From the NCBI GenBank assembly GCA_963678315.1, contig OY782781.1:1376001-1440000 (forward strand): a stretch of 64,000 nt of DNA, read 5' to 3'. Made by a program: the position numbers and the translations under genes. Shown here one piece after another: positions 39,193-50,215 of this stretch; the first letter of the stretch is position 1, and each line of letters opens with the position of its first letter. The notes below the pieces were generated by a model. The model did no database searches. It saw nothing but the letters and a program-made list of their open reading frames with translations, and was not told the DNA's origin. The DNA comes from Candidatus Cloacimonadales bacterium (GTDB lineage Bacteria > Cloacimonadota > Cloacimonadia > Cloacimonadales > JAFGVF01).

Positions 39193-41352
39193 ATGAAGAA
39201 AATAGTTTTAGTATTTTGCCTATTAATCTTAATCTTCTTCCTGCATGCTAATCCTGATAAAATTGGACTAGCATTGAGTGGGGGAGGAGCACGTGGTTTT
39301 GTTCATATTGGATTACTGAAGGTAATAGATGAAGTAGGATTAGAAGTAGATTATATAGCCGGAACTAGTTTTGGAGCCTTAGTAGGTTCTTTGTATTCGT
39401 TAGGATACTCTGGGAAAGAAATAGAAGATATGTTCTTGAATGAAGACTATACTTCTATCTTTTCAGATAAAATTGAAAGAGGGGATTTGTACATAGAGGA
39501 CAAAAGATGGTTCGACTATGGAAATGTCTCCCTTGAAATTGATAAGAATATGAATGTTTCAATACCTCTTTCAATAATTTCTGGTAACAATATAGTTTTG
39601 ATTCTTTCTAAGTACTTAGCTAGGTCTATGTATTATAACGATTTTGATTCATACCCAATACCTTTTAGATGTGTTGCTACAAACTTAGAGAATGGTCAAA
39701 GTGTTGAATTTACTGATGGAGATTTAATTTCTGCAGTTCGAGCTTCTATGGCTTTTCCAAGTGTATTAGAACCATTTGAAGTTGATGGTGAACTTTATGT
39801 AGATGGGGGTGTAAAAGCTAACCTTCCAGTAGATACTGCCTTAAGTATGGGGGCTGATTATATTATCGCCAACAAAGCTAGTTCGCCATTGAGAGCAAAA
39901 GAAGATTGTGATAATCTGTTAGCAGTACTAGACCAAACAATCAATATAAACATGAGTTTATGGGTTAACGAAGCTCTTAAAAAGTCAGATTTAGTTATTG
40001 AACCAGACTTAAAAGGTTATACTGCTAGCTCTTTTGATGAAATTGAAGAGTTGATAAATATAGGAGAAAGAGCAGCAAGGGCTCATATAGATGAACTTAT
40101 TCAACTAGCTGAAAATAGAAGCTATAGCGAAATAACTTCGAAAAAGATATATAAAGTTCCTAATAAAATAAGATTGAACAAGATTATAACTTTTTCTTCA
40201 GACCAATTATCAGGATACAAGATTAAGCTATTAACAGGATTAGTTGAGGGAGAACCTTATTCTCTAGATGAAATAGTTACTGGCGTTAAAGAATGTTATA
40301 ACTCTGGATTATTTGTTTGGGCCTACCCAAGACTTTCCTATACTGATGGAGTTTATATTTTGGAGGTTGTTACCAAGGAAAAAGCCAAAGGCTATCTTGA
40401 TGTAGATCTAGTCTATACTGATTCGGAAGATTTGGTTTTTGGGGTGACAACAACCTTGAATAATGTAATTCAGAAAAACTCAAAGTTAATTGCTAATGTT
40501 AAGTTTGGTGGTAGAACTTCTTTTGTTGTTGATTATGTTAAGAATTTTGGGGAATTATATGGTGGCTATTATAGATTGTTCCCATTTATAGAAAAAAAGA
40601 AACTATATAACTATAACATTGATGATGAAATCATTAATCGAGTTGAATCAAGAGAGCTTGGAGGAAATATAGGCGTAGGATTCTTCATCAAAGATTTACT
40701 TGTGGGAGAAGGCTATATTTATAGTCAGAGAAATAGACTTTCACAAGATATCTCTGATGCCGATTTCGAAAGAGATTTGTTTAAGTCAACAGGACTAGGA
40801 TTTAAGCTTTATCATGAATCAGTTGATGATATGTATTTCCCTACAAAAGGAACAATGTTTGCTTTTAAATACAAACATTCATTCGAAGAATTTCTATCAG
40901 ATGAATCTTTCGACAAATTCCAAGGTGTTGCTAAATTAGCTATCCCTTTGCATGATAGATTTTCTCTTTCATATCATGTTGAAGGTGGATCTTTCCAAAA
41001 TGAAACTTATGCTAAACAGTTTATTCCTTTTGAAATAGGTGGTGTTGATTCATTTAGCGATATTGATAAGAGTTCTAGTAAGTTTTCATCTTACGCATTT
41101 AGTGATATCTCAGCGACTTATAATATTGACAAGACCTACTTTATTACAGGTTCTGTCCACCATCTAGTTCAAAGTAATGATAATGATTTTGATGATTTTG
41201 AGAAAGAAGATTCTGCCTATTGTTTAGAATTTGGATATCAATCTCCAATAGGTCCTGTTAGACTTGGAGCAGTAGCTGATGAAGATTTTGACATATCTAC
41301 TTACTTCTCATTTGGATACACTCTTGATATGTTTATGTTATCTGGAAATTAG
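39193..41352 (+). CDS. Patatin-like phospholipase with POTRA and Omp85-like beta-barrel (PlpD-like)
   Basis: GGGARG, GTSFG, DGG; C-terminal barrel ending GYQSPIGPV..YFSFGY. Confidence 0.87.
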   Translation: MKKIVLVFCLLILIFFLHANPDKIGLALSGGGARGFVHIGLLKVIDEVGLEVDYIAGTSFGALVGSLYSLGYSGKEIEDMFLNEDYTSIFSDKIERGDLYIEDKRWFDYGNVSLEIDKNMNVSIPLSIISGNNIVLILSKYLARSMYYNDFDSYPIPFRCVATNLENGQSVEFTDGDLISAVRASMAFPSVLEPFEVDGELYVDGGVKANLPVDTALSMGADYIIANKASSPLRAKEDCDNLLAVLDQTININMSLWVNEALKKSDLVIEPDLKGYTASSFDEIEELINIGERAARAHIDELIQLAENRSYSEITSKKIYKVPNKIRLNKIITFSSDQLSGYKIKLLTGLVEGEPYSLDEIVTGVKECYNSGLFVWAYPRLSYTDGVYILEVVTKEKAKGYLDVDLVYTDSEDLVFGVTTTLNNVIQKNSKLIANVKFGGRTSFVVDYVKNFGELYGGYYRLFPFIEKKKLYNYNIDDEIINRVESRELGGNIGVGFFIKDLLVGEGYIYSQRNRLSQDISDADFERDLFKSTGLGFKLYHESVDDMYFPTKGTMFAFKYKHSFEEFLSDESFDKFQGVAKLAIPLHDRFSLSYHVEGGSFQNETYAKQFIPFEIGGVDSFSDIDKSSSKFSSYAFSDISATYNIDKTYFITGSVHHLVQSNDNDFDDFEKEDSAYCLEFGYQSPIGPVRLGAVADEDFDISTYFSFGYTLDMFMLSGN

Positions 41353-41360
41353 GAGGATAA

Positions 41361-42347
41361 ATGATACCAGTTATTGATTTACATGCTGATACATATATGA
41401 AAAAAGATATTTTTAATACACTTCCATGGTTAAGGAAAGCATATTTTAAAATACCTACTAGACCAGGTGAAGAAGTGCAGTTCTCAGAAACCATAACCCC
41501 AGAAAGGATAGTCCAAGGTAACGTAAGATTACAAGTACAATCACTTTTCATAAGTGATTTAGGTGTCACTAATCCTCTTCATAATGGATTAAAAATGTTA
41601 GCAAATATCAAGAGAGATGTAAAAGCTGATGAAAGTAGCTATCAATTCTATACTGTAAATGATTTCAATGACAATTTAGATAAATATGGAACAATGGTGT
41701 CTATAGAGGGTTTAGAACCAATTAACAATGATTTAGAACTTCTTGATATCTATTATGAACTGGGGGTTAGAATGCTTGCTCCTACATGGAATAGAGCCCT
41801 TCCTTATGTCGGGTCTTCTGCGGAACCTTATGGTATTTTAGCAAAGGGTAGAGAACTTGCCAAGAAACTAAATGAACTAGGCCTTATCTTTGATGTTGCT
41901 CATATCTCTGACCAAGGTTTCTGGGATTTTATGAATCAACTAGATTGCCCTGTTATAGCTTCTCATTCAAATTATAGAAAGGTTTGTAATCATCCAAGAA
42001 ATCTTACTGGTGAACAAATTAAAGAAATCTCCAATAGAGATGGTGTAATTGGAATTAACTTTTACCCTAGTTTTTTATGCTCAGATAAAAACTATAATAT
42101 CGATTCCGATTATCCAGAAGGCTATTCTTTATTGTATAATATGATTGAAGTTATTGTTGATGAATTTGGCGATGATGTGATAGCATTCGGTTCTGATTTT
42201 GATGGAATATCAGTGACTCCTGAGGGGGTTGAATCTCCAGCTTTCTTTCAAGATTTTGCTAAGTTCTTAAAGCATAGGTCTGTCTCTCAAAATACAATTG
42301 AGAAGTTGTTTTATAAGAATGCTTTGAGAGTTCTTTCCTGTTATTAA
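41361..42347 (+). CDS. Membrane dipeptidase (M19)
   Basis: DLHAD, SIEG, DVAH, ASHSN, PRN, GSDFDG. Confidence 0.9.
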   Translation: MIPVIDLHADTYMKKDIFNTLPWLRKAYFKIPTRPGEEVQFSETITPERIVQGNVRLQVQSLFISDLGVTNPLHNGLKMLANIKRDVKADESSYQFYTVNDFNDNLDKYGTMVSIEGLEPINNDLELLDIYYELGVRMLAPTWNRALPYVGSSAEPYGILAKGRELAKKLNELGLIFDVAHISDQGFWDFMNQLDCPVIASHSNYRKVCNHPRNLTGEQIKEISNRDGVIGINFYPSFLCSDKNYNIDSDYPEGYSLLYNMIEVIVDEFGDDVIAFGSDFDGISVTPEGVESPAFFQDFAKFLKHRSVSQNTIEKLFYKNALRVLSCY

Positions 42348-42443
42348 TTATCAATAAACTCAGAAGGCAAAACAGATAAATAGCTTGACTAAATACATAC
42401 TTAAGCTTTAATTAAATTATTATTTTGGAACAAGGTTGGGAGT

Positions 42444-43739
42444 ATGAATAAGTTTGGTATTATTGTGATTCTTTTATTGGCTACTATTGTGTTACAGTGC
42501 AATGAGTTTGTGATAACAAAAGAGCTGACAGAGAGCGAATTGCATATGGGATTTTCTATGTCAAGTGATGAAGAAAAATATGATTTAGATGGAAATTTAG
42601 GGTCATTAATAATAATAAACTGTGGCATAGATGATGTCAATTTCACAAATAGTGTAAGTAAAATATCTCAAAAAAGAAGCAATGGCGATTATTGGGTCTA
42701 TCTTAAATCTAGTGCTCAAAGATTATATATTAGGAAGTCAGAAGGTTTTGGTAAATACCAATATGATTTCCCTTTTCGTTTAAAGAGTGGAAGCGTCTAT
42801 GAAATGAGTGTTGGAGCTAAAGAAGATTTAGAAGAAGTATCCATACCTATTATGATTACAACTAATCCTTCAGGAGCTGAAGTTTTTATAGATGATGAGT
42901 TTATTGATTATTCCTATGATGGTGTGCTGAGTCATACTCTTCCTGCTGGTAAGTATGAAATTAAATTATCCTTAAAAGGTTTTGTTACTGAGGTAGATTC
43001 TATTACTGTAGATGAGGGCAAGCAAACATTTTCATTTGCATTAAAAGAAAAATTATCAGCAGCTGTGACCATAACTTCTGACCCAGAAGGTGCAGAAATA
43101 TATCTAGATAATGTATATGTAGGAACAACCCCTCATGTAACTTTTTTTCCCTTTGGAGAGTATGATTTAAGATTAGTTTTAAGAGATTATATTTCGATTG
43201 AAGATAAGATTAATGTAGTAGAGAGCTTCGAAAAGAACTATGAATTGACAGAGGCAAGTGCTTTATTAACAATTAACACATTCCCTAATGCAACGATATA
43301 TATAAATGATGAACTATATGCTGGCATTATTAATCATACTAAATTTAAACCTCAGTTATTGGAAATCAAAGTTGTTGTACCACAAACAGAAGCTATTGTA
43401 GATAGAGTACTGCTTAAGCCAGGTGATGATATAATAAAAGAATATTACCCATCAATATCAACAGGAATAATCAAGGTAAATGTGATTCCTGAAAATGCTC
43501 GGATTAACCTAACTAATGAAGAAGGGTTTGAATATCTCTCTATTGGTAAAGAGACTTTTAAAAGTCTTCCAGTGGGGGAATATTATCTAAAAGTCTATGC
43601 TAAAGGTAAGCAGACTTATGAAGAGACAATTCAGTTATATAATGACAAAGTAGTTGAAAGAGATGTGATATTAAAAAGTGAGGATGATTATCTAAAAATG
43701 GATGAGTTTGATGTTGATTCACTTGAAGAGAGCGAATAG
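42444..43739 (+). CDS. Secreted PEGA-domain protein
   Basis: ITTNPSGAEVFID and ITSDPEGAEIYLD..GTTP repeats. Confidence 0.85.
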   Translation: MNKFGIIVILLLATIVLQCNEFVITKELTESELHMGFSMSSDEEKYDLDGNLGSLIIINCGIDDVNFTNSVSKISQKRSNGDYWVYLKSSAQRLYIRKSEGFGKYQYDFPFRLKSGSVYEMSVGAKEDLEEVSIPIMITTNPSGAEVFIDDEFIDYSYDGVLSHTLPAGKYEIKLSLKGFVTEVDSITVDEGKQTFSFALKEKLSAAVTITSDPEGAEIYLDNVYVGTTPHVTFFPFGEYDLRLVLRDYISIEDKINVVESFEKNYELTEASALLTINTFPNATIYINDELYAGIINHTKFKPQLLEIKVVVPQTEAIVDRVLLKPGDDIIKEYYPSISTGIIKVNVIPENARINLTNEEGFEYLSIGKETFKSLPVGEYYLKVYAKGKQTYEETIQLYNDKVVERDVILKSEDDYLKMDEFDVDSLEESE

Positions 43740-43758
43740 GCAATTTCAGAAGATAATC

Positions 43759-44346
43759 TTAAACTTGATTATATCTAAAACAGCTAGTAATATGATCATT
43801 CACCATGCCAATTGCTTGCATAAATGAGTAAATTATGGTTGTTCCAATAAACTTAAATCCTTTTTTCTTCATTTCTTTGCATATATAATCTGAAAGCTCA
43901 GTTGAAGCAGGTATCTCATTAATGCTTTGATAAGTATTCTTGATAGGTGTGTTATTAACAAAATGCCATATATAATTGTTAAAAGAACCATATTCTTCTT
44001 GGATCTGTAAGATCATTCTAGCATTATTTATTGCTGCTTTTATTTTTAATTTATTTCTGATAATAGCTTTGTTTTGAACTAGTAAATCAATCTTATCTTG
44101 TTTGTAGGATGCAACTATTGGGATATCAAAGTTGTTGAAAGCTATACGAAAACTTTCTCTCTTTTTTAGAATAGTCAGCCAGCTTAATCCAGCTTGCATG
44201 CTCTCTAATACTAAGAATTCAAAAAGCTTACTATCTTCATGTAAAGGCTTTCCCCATTCCTCATCATGATATTTTATATATAAAGAATCTTTTAAACACC
44301 ATGAACAACGATTAACCAAAGCTGATTTTGATTTACTCTCCATCAT
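43759..44346 (-). CDS. tag: DNA-3-methyladenine glycosylase I
   Basis: RCSW..YHDEEWG, LESMQAGLSW, GMVNDH..CF. Confidence 0.95.
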   Translation of the reverse strand: MMESKSKSALVNRCSWCLKDSLYIKYHDEEWGKPLHEDSKLFEFLVLESMQAGLSWLTILKKRESFRIAFNNFDIPIVASYKQDKIDLLVQNKAIIRNKLKIKAAINNARMILQIQEEYGSFNNYIWHFVNNTPIKNTYQSINEIPASTELSDYICKEMKKKGFKFIGTTIIYSFMQAIGMVNDHITSCFRYNQV

Positions 44347-45484
44347 CCTCTTCGTTATTTTCTGTAGACTCAGATGAAGAATCTTGATTGTCTGATTCTT
44401 TCTCTGCCTCTTCTTTAGCTTTCTTTTCAGCTTCTTCTTTTGCTTTAGCCTCAGCTTCAGCTTTTTTCTTGGCTATCTTCTTTTTTTCTCTTTCTAATTT
44501 TGATTTTTCTCTTTCAGCCTTCTTCTCAGCTTCTATACGAGCTTTTTCTTCTTTAGCTTTACGTATTTTTTGCTGTTCCATTTCATAATCGAAACGCTCA
44601 TTAAGTTTTTTATCTCTATCAATTCTGGCTTCATCGACTTTATATATTGTTTGATCTATCGGCTGATAATTATCATAAATGAATTCTCTTTTCATTATCA
44701 TAATCTCTTCACCACCATATTTATTGGTCTTTTTAGAGACTTTAGTTAATGCCAATCTTCCAAACATATCATATGTATTTCTTTCGATTGTTGATGTATT
44801 AGTGCTGAAATCAATCTCAGCTTTTTCTAGTAAGCGATTGTCCTCATCATAATCATATTCAACAATACTTATTAAGGAATCAGCATAGTCAATCTTTCTT
44901 TCAGAATCTAGTCTAAGGTTTTGATTGTAGTTAAAGTAGGTATAATAGACAGGGAATCCATCATAGTCGTTAGTAGTTATTTTCTCATTTCTACCATCTG
45001 GGAATTTCTTAATCACATCATGAAATAGTGGATATCCAGCATCATTATAATATCTTTTGATGGTTTGATGTTTGACCGAATCCGTTTCAGTGATAATACG
45101 TTTTACAAGTTTACCACCCCATGAATATAATGATTCATCATAGTCAAATCTATTAGGTTTGCGAGTTACAAGTCTTTGTGTAATAATATTATGATTACTG
45201 AAGTAGATTCTTTCATCTAAAGAGTCTGAGTATGTGTAAGTATAATAACCCTCATAAGAATCGTTCCCACCATAATTAGTTATTTCTTTTGTTCTGCCAT
45301 CTTCATAAAAATCATAAAAACTCTTTGTGGTCATATACGATCTATGTAAATCATAATTAGGTAAAATTCTTTGAGTTTTAACTAAACATTTATCAATATT
45401 TTTGAATAATTCAGCTGGTAAATCCTGTGCATTAAGCAATGCTAACAATAAAGAAAAAAGTGTAACAAGTATAATTTTTTTCAT
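44333..45484 (-). CDS. Secreted hypothetical protein with YD-like beta repeats and a charged KAE-rich tail
   Basis: Signal peptide, YxYD..GR-type repeats, EAEKKA coiled coil. Confidence 0.75.
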   Translation of the reverse strand: MKKIILVTLFSLLLALLNAQDLPAELFKNIDKCLVKTQRILPNYDLHRSYMTTKSFYDFYEDGRTKEITNYGGNDSYEGYYTYTYSDSLDERIYFSNHNIITQRLVTRKPNRFDYDESLYSWGGKLVKRIITETDSVKHQTIKRYYNDAGYPLFHDVIKKFPDGRNEKITTNDYDGFPVYYTYFNYNQNLRLDSERKIDYADSLISIVEYDYDEDNRLLEKAEIDFSTNTSTIERNTYDMFGRLALTKVSKKTNKYGGEEIMIMKREFIYDNYQPIDQTIYKVDEARIDRDKKLNERFDYEMEQQKIRKAKEEKARIEAEKKAEREKSKLEREKKKIAKKKAEAEAKAKEEAEKKAKEEAEKESDNQDSSSESTENNEEDDGE

Positions 45485-45549
45485 GAAGTCCTCAAGTATA
45501 TGTTTAAGTATTAAACAAATCTGAAATTAATTTACAGAATAAAGTTATT

Positions 45550-46164
45550 TTATCTATCTTTAGTAGATAAATCATTAATAGATAATGAATCAATAGTTGT
45601 CAAGGAATCTGTGTCTGTTTCTATTAAATATTCATTATCCATATCTGACTCTACATAGAGTGTTACTTTACTTCCTTTAAGAACTTCAGTTCCAGATTTA
45701 GGTTCAATCTTAGAAACTTTGTTTAAGGCTAATGTTCCATAGTTTTTTCTTATAATAACAGGCTCAAGTCCAATCTGTTTAAGAGTAGAACTAGCATTTA
45801 CATAATTTTCTTCAACAACTAAAGGGATTACTACCTTTTCGGAACCAAGACTAACAATGAGCTCCATTTCACATCCTTCTTTAACTTTTTTCTTCCCAAG
45901 AGGTTTTTGCTCAAGAATGATGCCTTTTTCAAAGAGCGGGGAGTATTTCCACACAATAGATGTCTTATCATTTATGTGGAATCCTGACTCTTCAATTAGC
46001 TTTTTAGCTTTGCTGAGTTTTAATCCCACAAGTTCTGGAACTTCTGTAGATGCTCCAATATTTAGTTTGTGAGGAATGATAATTTTACTAGTTATGGTCA
46101 AAACAGATAATATAAAAACTGTAAAAATTACTAAGGCTATGATAAAAGCTTTCAAATGTCTCAT
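45550..46164 (-). CDS. PASTA-domain membrane protein
   Basis: TM anchor, VPELVGL..EQKP and a second PASTA repeat. Confidence 0.85.
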   Translation of the reverse strand: MRHLKAFIIALVIFTVFILSVLTITSKIIIPHKLNIGASTEVPELVGLKLSKAKKLIEESGFHINDKTSIVWKYSPLFEKGIILEQKPLGKKKVKEGCEMELIVSLGSEKVVIPLVVEENYVNASSTLKQIGLEPVIIRKNYGTLALNKVSKIEPKSGTEVLKGSKVTLYVESDMDNEYLIETDTDSLTTIDSLSINDLSTKDR

Positions 46165-47480
46165 TAGTTTATCCTCTTTAGTCTCGCTCCGAAAGCACCA
46201 TCCATACTATGAATATGGGGAACTGTCTTTAAGTAGCCATCATTTACATATCTTGTATTTATATAATTCTCTGCATTTTCAATTATAAAATTAGGATGTT
46301 TTTTGAGGAACATCTCAATTCTTTCTTCATTTTCTGCAGGATTTAAAGTACATGTTGAATAGATTATATACCCTCCAACTTTAACGAATTTAGATGCATA
46401 ATTCAAAGCATTTGTTTGTAACTTGATTAAGTCTTGGATGTTTTGGTGAGACTGCCATCTTAATTCACTTTTCTTTCCTAAAACACCCCAACCAGAACAT
46501 GGTACATCAAGCAGAATTTTATCATAGGCTGCTGCAACAGGACCGTATGTTAAAGCATCATTTTTAACAAGTTTTACATTACTTAACTGAAGTCTTTCTA
46601 AAGCTTGTTTAATCAACTTTACTTTATTAGGAAACTTATCAATAGCAATAATCTGTCCAGTATTTTGCATTAGTTCGCTCATATAGCTTGTCTTTCCACC
46701 GGGAGCAGCAAAAAAGTCTATAATATTCTCATCAAATTGTGGGTCTAGTAAGGTAACAACTAATGAGGCTGCTGCATCTTGTATAGAAAAATATCCTTCA
46801 CTAAAAGCAACATCTTGTAGCATTGTTTGTGCTTTATCAGCTTTAACTACATCAGCTATACCATCATATTTCGTAAATGAAACCCCTTTCTTTTCAAAGT
46901 AAGGTAAGAGCTTATCCATGGACGTTGCATAGTTATTTACTCTGATATTTATTTCTGGTAGTTCGTTGAAGTACATAGCCATATATTCTGTATTTTCAAT
47001 TCCAAATATATTAACCCATTGAGAGATAAGTTCTACAGGATATGAGTGTTCTACTGAAATTCTTTCAATAGGATCTTCTGGATAAGTAATCTCAGGATTT
47101 CTCAGGTAGTTGCGTAACATAGCATTAACAAAATCACCACTTTTTTGACTATACAGTGTTTTAGCTAATTCAACAGTTTCAGAAACTGCAACCTCTGAAG
47201 GAACACTATCCATATATAATATTTGGTATAATCCAAGCCATAATAGAACCTTTATTTTTAAGTCTGTCTTAGGATATTTCTTCGCATCTCCAAATTGACA
47301 ACAAATATATTCTAAATATAGTTTTCTTTTGATTATTCCCTTAACAAGATTGTAGAAGAATTCGTGATTACCACTATTTGCTTTAAGTTTTTTTGCTTCT
47401 TTATGAAGTAGGGCAGTAGAGAATTCATTTTTCTTAACTACCTTATAAATAACATTATAGGCAATTTGTCTTTCGTTCAT
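46164..47480 (-). CDS. rsmB: 16S rRNA m5C967 methyltransferase
   Basis: NusB-like N-terminus, AAPGGKT, DVPCSG, YSTCT. Confidence 0.94.
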   Translation of the reverse strand: MNERQIAYNVIYKVVKKNEFSTALLHKEAKKLKANSGNHEFFYNLVKGIIKRKLYLEYICCQFGDAKKYPKTDLKIKVLLWLGLYQILYMDSVPSEVAVSETVELAKTLYSQKSGDFVNAMLRNYLRNPEITYPEDPIERISVEHSYPVELISQWVNIFGIENTEYMAMYFNELPEINIRVNNYATSMDKLLPYFEKKGVSFTKYDGIADVVKADKAQTMLQDVAFSEGYFSIQDAAASLVVTLLDPQFDENIIDFFAAPGGKTSYMSELMQNTGQIIAIDKFPNKVKLIKQALERLQLSNVKLVKNDALTYGPVAAAYDKILLDVPCSGWGVLGKKSELRWQSHQNIQDLIKLQTNALNYASKFVKVGGYIIYSTCTLNPAENEERIEMFLKKHPNFIIENAENYINTRYVNDGYLKTVPHIHSMDGAFGARLKRIN

Positions 47481-47481
47481 A

Positions 47482-48078
47482 TTAACCTTTTTTATATAGC
47501 TGTTTCATTGTTTTTTTAATTAGATTTTGCACGCTTATATTGGCATCTTCTTTGATTAAAATATTGAAAGATTTTCTAATATCTGTTTGCTTGTATCCAA
47601 GAGATATCAAAGCTTTTTCTGCTTCATCAGTGATAGAACTATTGACTACTTTAGGAAGAGATACATCAGAACTTTGAAGTTTATCTACTTTGTCTTTTAG
47701 CTCAATAATCATTCTTTGAGCTGTTTTTGCACCTAGACCTGGGGTCTTAGCTAACAACTTATAATCTTCACTAATTATTGAATTAATGATAGTGTTGGTT
47801 GGTAATGCAGATAACATGGAGAGACCAATTTTTGGCCCAACTCTATTTATAGATATTAATAATCTGAAGAGTTCTTTTTCATTATCCGTGAAGAAACCAA
47901 AGAGACGAGGCCCATCATCTGTATGGTGATAGTGTATCTTTAACATTACCTCTTGTAAGTCCTTGATTTTATCATAAGTACTCATGGGGATTTCTATTTC
48001 ATAGCCTACTCCTGAGCAATCAACTACTGCCACAATTGGAGAAATCTCAGCTAGTTTTCCTTTTAAATAATTGAACAT
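47482..48078 (-). CDS. ruvA: Holliday junction branch migration protein
   Basis: GVGYEI, LFGF, VGPK, PGLGAKTAQR, ALISLGY. Confidence 0.95.
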   Translation of the reverse strand: MFNYLKGKLAEISPIVAVVDCSGVGYEIEIPMSTYDKIKDLQEVMLKIHYHHTDDGPRLFGFFTDNEKELFRLLISINRVGPKIGLSMLSALPTNTIINSIISEDYKLLAKTPGLGAKTAQRMIIELKDKVDKLQSSDVSLPKVVNSSITDEAEKALISLGYKQTDIRKSFNILIKEDANISVQNLIKKTMKQLYKKG

Positions 48079-48867
48079 CTATTTCTTCCCTTTCAAAATT
48101 GCGTAACAAGTTGTACTTAGAAAATTACGAAGATGTGGTATCTTTGCGATTATTTTTGATTGCAAGCGTGGTTTCAAGTTAAACTTTATCTCATAGTTTG
48201 GATTAATAAAATATAACTGTAAATCTATTAGCTTTAAGTCTGAATGTTTAACTTCCTTTTTAAATGATTCAACACTCAATTTTGAATTATTTAAATCTAG
48301 AAGTTCATTTATAACCACTTGTCTTTCCCCAGAATTCTCCATCATATTTCTATAAATTGTTTGAGGTAAAAGATGAATATATGGAATTTTCGATAACATT
48401 TGAGACTTAAGCATTTGCTGGTGACCACCAAAAGGGTTTTGCCAAGGAGGGAATGCTATCATGACTAAACCATCATCTGCAAGTAATTCTGAAGTAAGGT
48501 TTAGCAGCTTTATATGGTCTGGAATATGTTCAATAACATCTCGATAGAAAATAAGGTCAAATTTTTGTTCAGTCTTATAAAAAAAGATATTACAGTCAAG
48601 TAACTGGCAAGATCCATCTTGAATGTAGTCAGTTAAATACTCTTTACCATTTTGTATTTTATCGCTGGCTAAATCTAGCCCAATAACCTGACAATTCTCT
48701 TCAAGGAAGGGAAGAAGGTTTCCTCCTTCTCCACAACCAATTTCTAATACTTTGAGATTAGAAATGGATTTATACTTTTTTATATATGGAATCACATACT
48801 TTCTTGTAGTAATAGCTTGTTCATTAAAATATGCTTTTCTGTCTCTATGTCTCTTTTGCATTCTCAA
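48079..48867 (-). CDS. Class I SAM-dependent methyltransferase
   Basis: VLEIGCGEGGN, DVIEHI, FPPW.NPFGGH. Confidence 0.88.
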   Translation of the reverse strand: MRMQKRHRDRKAYFNEQAITTRKYVIPYIKKYKSISNLKVLEIGCGEGGNLLPFLEENCQVIGLDLASDKIQNGKEYLTDYIQDGSCQLLDCNIFFYKTEQKFDLIFYRDVIEHIPDHIKLLNLTSELLADDGLVMIAFPPWQNPFGGHQQMLKSQMLSKIPYIHLLPQTIYRNMMENSGERQVVINELLDLNNSKLSVESFKKEVKHSDLKLIDLQLYFINPNYEIKFNLKPRLQSKIIAKIPHLRNFLSTTCYAILKGKK

Positions 48868-49360
48868 TTCCTAATCTAGTCATTGCCTGGAATTTAACTC
48901 TGTTGTATTGAGTATAAGCAATAGCTAATGCGTCACTTGCATCTTCTGATTTTATTTCTTCCTTTAAACCTACTAATTTTTGTATCATATAGCGAACTTG
49001 AGATTTCTGAGCATTTCCATTGCCAACTACTGCTTTTTTAATCTCTTTAGGGGAAAACTCATAAATTGGTAGATTGAATTGGGAACATGCCAGAAGAATT
49101 ACTCCTCTGGCATGACCTAAAGTAAAGGCTGATTGTATATTCTTTCCATAAAAAATAGATTCTACAGCTGCAATATCTGGTTGGTATTCTTTAATAACTT
49201 TAATTAAAGAAGAATATAACTCATTTAACCTACCACTAAGCTTAAGCTTAGGGTTAATATTAATGCAATTACAACCAGCTGCTGTTATCCTACGATTATC
49301 AGTTTCAATTATCCCGTAACCACAAAATCTTGTTCCAGGATCTATGCCAATAATCCTCAT
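48845..49360 (-). CDS. ruvC: Holliday junction resolvase
   Basis: IGIDPG, VESIF, LGHARG, DASDALAIA. Confidence 0.96.
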   Translation of the reverse strand: MRIIGIDPGTRFCGYGIIETDNRRITAAGCNCININPKLKLSGRLNELYSSLIKVIKEYQPDIAAVESIFYGKNIQSAFTLGHARGVILLACSQFNLPIYEFSPKEIKKAVVGNGNAQKSQVRYMIQKLVGLKEEIKSEDASDALAIAYTQYNRVKFQAMTRLGIENAKET

Positions 49361-50110
49361 CTACTCTTCGTTCAATTTTTCCATTACTTCGTCAGATACT
49401 TCGTAGTTTGCCCAAACTTTTTGAACATCATCAAGATCATCTAGCTGATCTAACAATCTGAATAGCTTTTCAGCAACATCGTCTGCATTAACAGTCGTCT
49501 TAGGTACTTTGATTAATCCAGGGTCACTTATCTCATAACCTGCATCTTCCATAACACCTAATACTGTATGCAAATCTGAAGCAACAGTGTATACCTCAAA
49601 TTGATCGTCTTCAACTTTGATATCTTCAGCACCGGCTTCTAATGCTTCCATCATGAATTCATCTTCATCCATGCCATTTACTGGAATTGTGAAAAATCCT
49701 TTTTGTTCAAAGTTCCATGAAACAGAACCTGATTCAGCCATTGATCCACCATATTTACTCAAAGCATGACGTACTTCAGCAACGGTTCTATTTTTATTAT
49801 CTGTTGTTACATCTATTAGAATAGCAACACCAGCTTGGCCATATCCTTCATAAGTGAACTCTTCATAAGTTACACCTTCGATTTCACCTGTACCACGCTT
49901 GATTGCTCTATCTATGTTATCTTTAGGCATGTTCTGACTTCTTGCAGCAGAAACAGCAGTTCTTAATCTTGGATTAGATTCTAAATCTCCACCACCTTGT
50001 CTTGCTGCAATTACAATTTCTTTACCTAATTTTGTGAATACTTTTGCTCGTTTTTGGTCTGCTGCACCTTTTTTATGTTTAATTGAACTCCACTTATTAT
50101 GTCCGGACAT
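49361..50110 (-). CDS. yebC: YebC/PmpR family protein
   Basis: MSGHNKWSSIKHKK, YEGYG, TDNKNRT. Confidence 0.96.
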   Translation of the reverse strand: MSGHNKWSSIKHKKGAADQKRAKVFTKLGKEIVIAARQGGGDLESNPRLRTAVSAARSQNMPKDNIDRAIKRGTGEIEGVTYEEFTYEGYGQAGVAILIDVTTDNKNRTVAEVRHALSKYGGSMAESGSVSWNFEQKGFFTIPVNGMDEDEFMMEALEAGAEDIKVEDDQFEVYTVASDLHTVLGVMEDAGYEISDPGLIKVPKTTVNADDVAEKLFRLLDQLDDLDDVQKVWANYEVSDEVMEKLNEE

Positions 50111-50215
50111 ACGCTTTCCTCTCTGTAAATTTTAAAGAGCCGACTTTGTACAGCCGGCTCCATCTCTTTATATAAAGATATTAATCAAAATTGACTATTC
50201 TTGTCAACTTATTCT

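Noticed and set aside
44388..44588. This and other short antisense or overlapping ORFs in the track (e.g. 12793, 28411, 29556, 34551, 51534, 53610)
   Set aside because: Shadows of well-supported genes on the opposite strand, with no independent motifs.
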